From Bryobacteraceae bacterium (lineage in GTDB: Bacteria > Acidobacteriota > Terriglobia > Bryobacterales > Bryobacteraceae): a stretch of 64,000 nucleotides of DNA. A program made the position numbers and the translations under genes. Location of the stretch: NCBI GenBank assembly GCA_025980435.1, contig JAICXK010000001.1, positions 4,686-68,685 of the forward strand, read 5' to 3'. Under the pieces are notes generated by a model. That model was not told the DNA's origin, did no database searches, and saw only the letters and a program-made list of their open reading frames with translations. Shown here piece after piece: positions 1 through 7,391 of the stretch. Each line of letters begins with the position of its first letter. Positions within the stretch are counted from its first letter, which is position 1.

Positions 1-1
1 C

Positions 2-379
<378 letters not shown>

Positions 380-422
380 AGTGAAAAAATAATCACCCGC
401 TGACGAATAGGAGACAACACAC

Positions 423-893
423 ATGAAAACCGGACTAAGGATCATCGCCGTTGTAATGGGGCTTGGATGCCTCATACACGCTCAGGCACAATCAAGCGAG
501 TCAATCTTTCCGAAGGGAGAGCTTTCTCCTGCGAAGAATCACACCGGCAACATCTGGCTGAATGAACTGGTAGTCGGCGACAGAACCTTCGATCCGGGTA
601 TTGCAGTGGCAACCTACGATCCTGGCGCAAAGCTGGATTGGCACATCCATCCTGCAGGACAGGTTCTGCTCATCACCGAAGGCGTTGGCTATTACCAGGA
701 GAAGGGCAAGCCGGCACGGATCGTGCGGAAAGGCGATGTGATCAAGTGCCCTCCGGGCGTTGAGCACTGGCACGCCGCAGCACCGAATAGCACCTTTGCC
801 TACATAGCCGTTACGCCGACCTCGAAGGGCAAGACGATTTGGCTAGGGCCGGTCAGCGATCACGATTACCAAAGCGTAAAAGCAACGAAGTAA
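423..893 (+). CDS. secreted cupin domain protein
   Basis: 156-aa ORF with an N-terminal signal-like segment (MKTGLRIIAVVMGLGCLIHAQA). Cupin motifs are present: DWHIHPAGQVLLITEGVG...GDVIKCPPGVEHWH. An AGGAGA sequence lies a few nt upstream of the ATG. Confidence 0.8.
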   Translation: MKTGLRIIAVVMGLGCLIHAQAQSSESIFPKGELSPAKNHTGNIWLNELVVGDRTFDPGIAVATYDPGAKLDWHIHPAGQVLLITEGVGYYQEKGKPARIVRKGDVIKCPPGVEHWHAAAPNSTFAYIAVTPTSKGKTIWLGPVSDHDYQSVKATK

Positions 894-930
894 TGACTCC
901 CATGAAAGCCTAGGCTTGTGTGCAGAACGT

Positions 931-1536
931 TCACAGTTGAGCCCTGGCGGATCGCAACCAAGCGGTAACACTGGTTAAGGTATCGCGTTCCTGATCGCAC
1001 TTGAGAGAGAACGGCTCCAAGATCCTGGCGCGGGGTGCGAGCTTTGTGATCGTCTCCGGCGCACTGCCAGTACCGCAACATCCATACGTGAAGAATGGGA
1101 CTAACGTTTTGCCTGAGAGATCATGCGTGCTCAGGAAGGTTCGCACCGGAGCTGGGAGCGCCATGCCCCAAATCGGAGAACCCAAAAAGACGATATTGTA
1201 CTTAGCGATTCCGGAGACATTTTCGGCCAATGGCGGAGGCGTTGCAGACTCTCGCATCCGTGAAGCCCAGGCCACCATCTCCTCATAATCCTCTGGCCAG
1301 GGTGTAGCCGTGCGGATCTCGAAGAGGTCGGCGGTGAAGGCACGTTTGAGTTCACCAGCTATGACGCGGGTATTACCGCTGCGCGATAACTAAACGACCA
1401 GCGTCCGGCCATCTCTATGGGCCTGAGTCGCTACCTCGGATGATGCCGCGTTGCAGGCTTCGGTCGTGACGAACCCGGAACCGAGGATTGAGAGAAGTAG
1501 AGAATGCACAGCATCTCGCCGAGTCGGTGTAGGCAT
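931..1536 (-). pseudogene. flavodoxin-like protein interrupted by one in-frame TAG
   Basis: The tracked ORF 931..1278 (NIVFLGSPIWGMALPAPVRTFLSTHDLSGKTLVPFFTYG) is the C-terminal two-thirds of a flavodoxin fold. The same frame continues upstream as MPTPTRRDAVHSLLLSILGSGFVTTEAC...RDGRTLVV*LSRSGNTRVIAGELKRAFTADLFEIRTATPWPEDYEEMVAW. The stop (complement of 1390..1392) sits inside the FMN phosphate loop. Confidence 0.7.
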
Positions 1537-1568
1537 TGCAAATACAGTGTTCTTTCTCCGGAGCCATT

Positions 1569-1611
1569 AGAACGTGCCAACGCGTTTTCGGATAACGCGT
1601 TGGCACGTTCT
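1569..1611. terminator. perfect 18-bp stem / 7-nt loop hairpin just downstream of the molybdopterin oxidoreductase gene
   Basis: AGAACGTGCCAACGCGTT (1569..1586) and AACGCGTTGGCACGTTCT (1594..1611) are exact reverse complements, with loop TTCGGAT. A T-run (1616..1620) follows on the + strand only, so function as an intrinsic terminator for the minus-strand operon is uncertain. Confidence 0.45.
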
Positions 1612-1618
1612 AAGCTTT

Positions 1619-3976
1619 TTAAGCCTCCAGAAGGGTTTTGACGTAAGCAGGCTTTAAGGGAAGGCGGCGGGCGATTTTGCCGGTCGCGTCGAAGAAGGCT
1701 CCGGCGATGGCCGGGGCGGCCAAAGCGCTGGCGGCTTCGGAACCTTGCCGATAAGAGCCGACCTCCGGGTGATGATGGAGGATTACCTTAATCTCGGGCA
1801 GATCGGCCATAGTGGCGATCGGATAGCTGATCCAATCGGAGGATGTGATCGTGGAGTCATTGAAGCGGAGCTCTTCACGGAGAGTCATGCTCACGCCCAT
1901 GACGGCGCCGCCTTCGATCTGACGCTTCAACTGCAGCGGATTGATAACGATCCCGGGATCAACCACCATCGTGAGCTTATCGACCTTGATTGCGCCCGTA
2001 TTGGTATCGACAGTGACTTGTGCCACGCAGGCCCAGTAGGCGCCGCCGCGCATCATCAGTGATACGCCCCGTCCTTGCTTGGTGGGGCCACTTCCATTTG
2101 CGAATCCTGACCGCGTCTTCCAACCGGAACTGTCGCGCGCAGATTCCAGAACCGCGATGGCGCGCTTTTCCGTTGCGTGATCGATGCGAAATTGTAGCGG
2201 GTCGGCGCCGGCCAGATACGCGGCCTCCGTGATCGCTAGTTCGCGCGGGAAATTCTGCTGATACTGCACTGGCGTGCGAAGGCTGTGATCGCGTAGACCC
2301 ACGTTGATTGGGGAAGATGCCTGGCCGATTTGCGGACCGCCATGAGCACGTTCCAGTACGGCGGGGGTGGCGCCGTAAAGCCAGGGGTCGCTCGGCTGAT
2401 TTCTCATGCCGAATAGTGAGCCCTTCTCGTTAGGAGCCGGCATGGTGGGCAGTCCGGCGAGAATGGCGCCGATCGGGCGGTCGTCCTGCATGGCGGGCAT
2501 GTAGTGATCGATCTGAAAGCCGGTTAGTTTGCCGTCAGGACCGATTGCCAGTTCCACCTCGGCAAAGGCGCAGGAGGATTGGGTCGACCACTGCAGGTCG
2601 TCGTTGCGCATCCATTGAACGCGAACAGGCTTGCCAACAGCTTGCGACAGAATAACGGCTTCGTCTTCGGCTCCGGCGTTGCCGCCGTTCGAGCGGCCAT
2701 AGTGACCGGCTCCCGCATACGTATGAACGGTAACCTTGTCAGGCGAGACGCCGAGCATCAGCGCAATTTCGGTGCGGAGTGCCTGTGGGTTTTGAGTGTG
2801 CCCGTGAACGTGGATGCTTCCATCCGGGCGGACATCCCCAACGGCCATCGTGGGGCCGATGGGCGCATGTTTAAGATAGGGGCGCTGGTAAATCGTTTTG
2901 AGTTTCTTGGGTGAACTGGCGAGAGCGGCAGCAACGTCGCCCTTTGATTCTTTGCTCGTGGCAGCGGGTACGGATTTCCAGTCGGCATCCTCTTTGAGGT
3001 AATCGAATAGACGGGCATCCGTCGGAAGCCCTCGCCAATCAGACCACTTTGTATCAGAAGCGACTTGCTGAGAGGCTTTTATGGCTTCCCATTCCGTGGG
3101 AGCGACGATACCGACGAGATTGCCTTTCACAACGACTTGCGCGTTCGGGAATCGCGACTTATCGAGAGTGCCCGCGGAGACGAGCTTCGAGCCGAGCGTT
3201 TTAGGATGGATAACTCGGCCGTGAAGCATCCCGGGAAGGCGGACGTCGGTCACCCACGTTTCCTTGGCCGAGACCTTCGAAACCACCGAAGAGTTGGGGA
3301 AGGACTTACCGACCACGGTGTACTGGCTAACCGGTTTGAGCGGGGGATTACCGGTAACCATGAGCCCGAACATGCTATGGATATCGCCCATCACAGGAAT
3401 CGTCAGATTGAGTTGCTGGCCTTTCACAAGATCGCCGTACGAGATGGACTTACCGCCGCCGGAGACGATACCATCCTTCACCGAGAGTTGATCCTTCGGC
3501 ACGTTCAGTTGCTTGGATGCGACATCCAGCATGGCCTGATAAACATAAGCGGCCGCCTTGCGGATATTGGGCATGCCATGGCCGAGGAGGTCGAACGTTC
3601 CCCCGCCGTCCGGTGTACGATCGGTGTCGCCGGAAATGACCGTGGTGATCGCTTCAAACCGGACGTACAGCTCATCGGCGACGATCTGGGGATACGCGGT
3701 GAAGACGGTGCTTTGCCCGGTGTCCGACTTGCCGGTGCGGATGAGGATCGTATTGTCGGCGTGAATTTCAATGAACGAGTCGGAGGATAGTTTGCTGGTG
3801 GGAATGCCGCGCATGCTGGGCGTTTCCTCTTGCGCGCTACTCGACCGCACCAGGACGAAACTGGCTAGCAGTGCGCCACCCGCGGCAACGAATCCACGGC
3901 GGGACAACGAGGCGCCGAAGACGTCCACGTTCGTGCCTTGCTGTCCTTGGGCAAGGGTCTCGAGAGTGCCGGTCAT
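1619..3976 (-). CDS. molybdopterin-binding oxidoreductase large subunit (IorB / aldehyde oxidase-xanthine dehydrogenase family), Tat-exported
   Basis: 785-aa ORF with a twin-arginine leader (SRRGFVAAGGALLASFVLV). Aldehyde-oxidase/xanthine-dehydrogenase a/b-hammerhead and Mo-cofactor-binding blocks are present throughout. It overlaps the upstream 2Fe-2S subunit gene by 4 nt. Confidence 0.9.
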   Translation of the reverse strand: MTGTLETLAQGQQGTNVDVFGASLSRRGFVAAGGALLASFVLVRSSSAQEETPSMRGIPTSKLSSDSFIEIHADNTILIRTGKSDTGQSTVFTAYPQIVADELYVRFEAITTVISGDTDRTPDGGGTFDLLGHGMPNIRKAAAYVYQAMLDVASKQLNVPKDQLSVKDGIVSGGGKSISYGDLVKGQQLNLTIPVMGDIHSMFGLMVTGNPPLKPVSQYTVVGKSFPNSSVVSKVSAKETWVTDVRLPGMLHGRVIHPKTLGSKLVSAGTLDKSRFPNAQVVVKGNLVGIVAPTEWEAIKASQQVASDTKWSDWRGLPTDARLFDYLKEDADWKSVPAATSKESKGDVAAALASSPKKLKTIYQRPYLKHAPIGPTMAVGDVRPDGSIHVHGHTQNPQALRTEIALMLGVSPDKVTVHTYAGAGHYGRSNGGNAGAEDEAVILSQAVGKPVRVQWMRNDDLQWSTQSSCAFAEVELAIGPDGKLTGFQIDHYMPAMQDDRPIGAILAGLPTMPAPNEKGSLFGMRNQPSDPWLYGATPAVLERAHGGPQIGQASSPINVGLRDHSLRTPVQYQQNFPRELAITEAAYLAGADPLQFRIDHATEKRAIAVLESARDSSGWKTRSGFANGSGPTKQGRGVSLMMRGGAYWACVAQVTVDTNTGAIKVDKLTMVVDPGIVINPLQLKRQIEGGAVMGVSMTLREELRFNDSTITSSDWISYPIATMADLPEIKVILHHHPEVGSYRQGSEAASALAAPAIAGAFFDATGKIARRLPLKPAYVKTLLEA

Positions 3977-4497
3977 AAGATGCTCCTTGCCATAATGTCG
4001 GCGGCGCGTTGGACGGATTCAATAATGGCGGTGTACGTACCGCAGCGGCAGAGATGCGGCGAAGGGCCTGATTTGGTGAAGGCTTCTTTGATCTGCTCGA
4101 TTGTCGGGGAGGGAGTGCTTTCGAGCAGTTCCGTGGCCTTGATCATCATGCCGTTCTGGCAAAAGCCGCATTGCGGAGTCTGCTCGTCAATCCAGGCTTG
4201 CTGCACCGGGTGAAGAACGTGAGCGGCTTCGGGTCCTGTTAGCTTTTTTTGCTTCGCCCACCGTGCGGGCAGCCCTTCGAGCGTAGTCACCTCTTTGCCG
4301 GCAACCGCCGACAGAGGCGTGATGCAGGAGCGGACTTCTTTACCGTTTAGTAACACCGAGCAGGCTCCGCATTGTGCCAGACCACAACCAAACTGCGGAC
4401 CGGTGAGTTCAAGATCGTTGCGCAGGACATAGAGTAGAGGCGTGTCGGACGGCGCTTTGATTTCGCGGTTTACGCCGTTCACGAGGACGGTTGGCAT
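3973..4497 (-). CDS. (2Fe-2S)-binding small subunit (IorA-like)
   Basis: 174 aa with two [2Fe-2S] cysteine clusters (CGLAQCGACSV and CGFCQNG...CRCGTY), typical of the small subunit of IorAB/CoxS-type enzymes. ATGA overlap with the large-subunit gene. Confidence 0.9.
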   Translation of the reverse strand: MPTVLVNGVNREIKAPSDTPLLYVLRNDLELTGPQFGCGLAQCGACSVLLNGKEVRSCITPLSAVAGKEVTTLEGLPARWAKQKKLTGPEAAHVLHPVQQAWIDEQTPQCGFCQNGMMIKATELLESTPSPTIEQIKEAFTKSGPSPHLCRCGTYTAIIESVQRAADIMARSIL

Positions 4498-4635
4498 GTA
4501 GATACCCCTTTCAGAGCCTTACTTCATTGTCGGCCAAGAATGTGCGGTCAGCTAATCCCGACACAGTCACTCTATAAGTTATCGTTGTCTTCTGCCCCGC
4601 AAATCGCGTCAATTTGGCTGCAAGGCGCGCCACAT

Positions 4636-5298
4636 TCAGGCGCGTAGAGGCGGAAAAGGCGTCTTTGATAATCTGCCGAACTTCATTCCTGAATGAACAC
4701 GGAACAAGATCGCTGTTGAGGCGCTTGGCCGGCCGTTAGTGATCGATTCGAGGTGCGGGCAGTTCGGCGAGCGCAAAGCCCTCACATCTCGAACAGGTTG
4801 CCCGAATAAGCGAGTATATTCACGATTGAATTGACTCGCGCTGCCGTATCCAACCTCAGGCGACAGTCGCTGCGTCTACATCATCGGCCAGCATTCCTGC
4901 TCCTGTTGCTTGTAATCGAATTTGTTTCTGGTATAGAAGCAGTGAGCGCCCGGAAATCGTAGTGAAGGATGGAGACCGCCAAACCGGTTGCTTGTGCAAG
5001 GTCTTCGATACGAAGTGGGCTCGCATAATTTGCCTCGACTCACGCGATCGCTTTGGCCGTGCGATGACTCTGGTCACCCAACGTCGCCACTACCCTTGTG
5101 CATCTACTGGAAATACGAATCCGCGGCAACACCCACTTGACCGCACCCATGGCAGAAAAGAACAACATCTTTTTCCGTCTGTGATCGTTCGATTGCATCC
5201 AAAAGTTCGCCGCCTTCACATAGATCGCAAGTGACGGCCAAGCGTAGATCTACACATCGCGACCAGAGAGGCGCGACCGATTCTACTCTTACAGTCAA
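4636..5298 (-). pseudogene. decayed AraC-family transcriptional regulator (nonsense mutation plus frameshifts)
   Basis: The AraC HTH domain can only be read by hopping frames on the minus strand: ...TAKAIA*VEANYASPLRIEDLAQATGLAVSILHYDFRALTA / SLLLYQKQIRLQATGAGMLADDVDAATVA* / EVGYGSASQFNREYTRLFGQPVRDVRALR. The TGA (complement of 5040..5042) sits where the conserved Trp of the AIAW motif is expected. The exact ends are uncertain. Confidence 0.65.
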
Positions 5299-5337
5299 AT
5301 TGGCTGTCGGTTAGTTTCGGTCCGGTACAAAATCATC

Positions 5338-5366
5338 TTGACTCATCTCTTTAGACTGAGTATACT
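5338..5366 (+). promoter_or_regulatory. near-consensus sigma-70 promoter for the gntR-ABC operon, with an overlapping tandem repeat
   Basis: TTGACT (5338..5343), a 17-bp spacer, then TATACT (5361..5366). The ATG of gntR is at 5379, so the leader would be only about 5-7 nt and no SD is visible. A tandem 9-mer ACTGAGTAT x2 (5355..5372) overlaps the -10 box. Confidence 0.5.
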
Positions 5367-5378
5367 GAGTATACCCAG

Positions 5379-5780
5379 ATGAGCAGTGGTCTGTTTATCT
5401 CGCAATCCGATAAGCGGCCCATCTACCTCCAGATCATGGAGCAGATGAAGCAGCGGGTTGCCGTGGGCGATTGGGCCGAGGGTCAAGCGATCCCTTCGAT
5501 CCGTCAACTCGCGGTCGATCTGCAGGTCAGCGTGATCACCGTGAAGCGGGCGTATCTCGAACTCGAACGTGAGGGCGTTATCGTGACGCAGCAGGGGAAG
5601 GGTTCGCACGTGGCTTCCAGTCCGGGACTGGGGACACGCCTGCAGGAACAGGAACTGGAAAAGCATTTAGAACAGGCGATCCGGCTGGCGGACATGCTGG
5701 GCATTCGTCCCAAAGATCTCGAAGCACGGCTTCGCGAGACCGGTGATCGCCGCATGGAGAAGGAAGAGGAACAAGTATGA
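5379..5780 (+). CDS. GntR family transcriptional regulator, short YtrA-like subfamily
   Basis: 133 aa. Winged-HTH block PIYLQIMEQMKQRVAVGDWAEGQAIPSIRQLAVDLQVSVITVKRAYLELEREGVIVTQQGKGSHV. 4-nt overlap with the downstream ABC ATPase gene, the classic YtrA-ABC arrangement. Confidence 0.9.
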   Translation: MSSGLFISQSDKRPIYLQIMEQMKQRVAVGDWAEGQAIPSIRQLAVDLQVSVITVKRAYLELEREGVIVTQQGKGSHVASSPGLGTRLQEQELEKHLEQAIRLADMLGIRPKDLEARLRETGDRRMEKEEEQV

Positions 5781-6673
5781 CCGATCTGGCAATAGAACTC
5801 AAACGTGTCGGGAAGCGGTATCCCTACTTCGCACTGGACAATATTCACCTCGAGGTGCCGCACGGACAGATCATGGGCCTGATCGGGCCGAATGGCGCCG
5901 GCAAGTCGACCACCATACGGATCCTGATGGGCCTCGTGCAGCAGGATTGCGGTGACGTGCGAGTTCTCGGACGCCGTATGCCTGCCGAGCAGATTGCCGC
6001 CAAATGGGACATCGGCTTCGCATCCGAAGATATGCGCCTGTACGAAGGCATGACGATTGAGTGGCACATGAATTTCATCCGGTCCATCTATCCGAACTGG
6101 GACGCGCCGTACGCGCAACTGCTCCTGAAGAGGTTCGGGCTGAGAGCCGAACAGAAGATTAAGGGACTGTCGCATGGCCAGAGGGTCAAGGCAACGTTAC
6201 TTCTGGTATTGGCGCGGCGGCCGCGGCTGCTGGTGCTGGACGAACCGACAACCGGCCTCGACCCGGTTGCGCGGCACGAGATATTGCGGGAACTGACGGC
6301 TGTGATGACCGACGAAGGCCGGAGCATTCTGTTTTCGTCGCATAATACGCAGGATGTGGAGCAGATTTCGGATCAGATCACGTTCATCGACCGGGGGCGG
6401 ATCATCGATTCCATGGACAAGGAAGCCTACCTGGATCGCTGGCGCCGCCTGCGTCTGGAAGTGCCGTTAGGAATCGCGCTCCCGGCGCTGCCGGGAATCA
6501 TTGGAATCCGGCAGGACGGACGGCTGGCGATCGCCACAGCCAACGTATTCGCGCCGGATATGGCGAACGAGTACGAGAGCAGCGGCGCCAGGGTGAAATC
6601 GATCGAAACCATGACTCTCGAAGAGATCTTTGTAGCGAACGTCGAACGCAGCCGCGAGGAGGTGGAAGCATGA
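5777..6673 (+). CDS. ABC transporter ATP-binding protein
   Basis: Walker A GPNGAGKST, signature LSHGQRVK, Walker B LLVLDEPTTGLD and H-loop SSHN are all present. Confidence 0.92.
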   Translation: MTDLAIELKRVGKRYPYFALDNIHLEVPHGQIMGLIGPNGAGKSTTIRILMGLVQQDCGDVRVLGRRMPAEQIAAKWDIGFASEDMRLYEGMTIEWHMNFIRSIYPNWDAPYAQLLLKRFGLRAEQKIKGLSHGQRVKATLLLVLARRPRLLVLDEPTTGLDPVARHEILRELTAVMTDEGRSILFSSHNTQDVEQISDQITFIDRGRIIDSMDKEAYLDRWRRLRLEVPLGIALPALPGIIGIRQDGRLAIATANVFAPDMANEYESSGARVKSIETMTLEEIFVANVERSREEVEA

Positions 6674-7344
6674 ACAGCCCGGTAATTCGAACTCTGATTC
6701 TGAAAGATTGGCGCCTGCACCGCCTGCACATAATCCTTTCTCTTGTGGCAAGCGGCGCCGCGCTCTTGGTCCTTCAATTCAGAAACGAGGCGGCTTTTGT
6801 GATCGGAAGCGTGTGGTTGTTCGTCTCGCTCATTGTCTTGGGAAGCATGCTGCCGGTCTCAAATGTGATTAATGAACGAAAGAAGCAAAGCGTGGTTTTC
6901 CTGATGAGCCTTCCGGTATCGGCGCTGCAATATGCGGTCTCGAAGGTAGTGTCGACGATCGGGATGTTTCTGGCGCCTTGGGGAGCGTCGGCCGTTGCAG
7001 CAACGATTTTTGCGCTGAGCCGCCGGGATATTCCGAACGGGATTGTACCCTTCATTCTCATTCTGTTTGGACTTCCACTGGTTGGCTTCTGCCTGGTCGC
7101 GGGGACTGCCCTGATCAGCGAATCTGAAGGATGGACCATAAGTGCGACGATCGTGTGCAATTCGTCGTACGGCCTCATTTACTACTTCATTGTTCGTAAC
7201 CCGGCGATCAATGGCGCTTTTAAAAGTCCGACGCCCGTGTGGAGCCCGCCGGTGCTGATGATCTTGGCAGGGGAGGCCTTGGCGGCAGGGCTGATCATGG
7301 GGCTCACTTTTTACCTGCAATCAAGAAAGCGGGAATTCGTCTAG
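6670..7344 (+). CDS. ABC-2-type transporter membrane protein
   Basis: 224-aa polytopic hydrophobic protein with about 6 predicted helices by eye. ATGA overlap with the ATPase gene. No specific motif was recognised. Confidence 0.7.
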   Translation: MNSPVIRTLILKDWRLHRLHIILSLVASGAALLVLQFRNEAAFVIGSVWLFVSLIVLGSMLPVSNVINERKKQSVVFLMSLPVSALQYAVSKVVSTIGMFLAPWGASAVAATIFALSRRDIPNGIVPFILILFGLPLVGFCLVAGTALISESEGWTISATIVCNSSYGLIYYFIVRNPAINGAFKSPTPVWSPPVLMILAGEALAAGLIMGLTFYLQSRKREFV

Positions 7345-7391
7345 GATTCCCGTCCGAAAAAACAACTCTAAGAATACTGAAAGGAACTAGG

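Noticed and set aside
906-917. 12-bp palindrome AAGCCTAGGCTT in the convergent gap after the cupin gene
   Set aside because: It is too short, and its loop is too small for an RNA hairpin. It probably occurs by chance.
3065-3790. 241-aa + strand ORF, with several shorter ones nearby
   Set aside because: It lies entirely antisense to the well-supported molybdopterin oxidoreductase gene. It is Arg/Gly/Asp-rich and low in complexity, with no motif. This is a typical antisense open frame in GC-rich DNA.
5104-5298. 64-aa ORF with CxxC...CxxC that looked like a zinc-ribbon (MqsA/YgiT-like) small protein
   Set aside because: It has a TTG start with no SD. It lies within DNA that, in an adjacent frame, continues the decayed AraC regulator. 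The Cys pairs are most simply frame-shift noise. It is included in the pseudogene call instead.
5504-6175. 223-aa minus-strand ORF
   Set aside because: It is antisense to the gntR and ABC ATPase genes, both of which have clear motifs. It is Ser/Arg/Cys-rich with no family resemblance.
7239-7391. N-terminal extension of the PQQ/cytochrome ORF
   Set aside because: It overlaps the 3' end of the permease gene in another frame. A signal peptide with an SD begins at ATG 7392.
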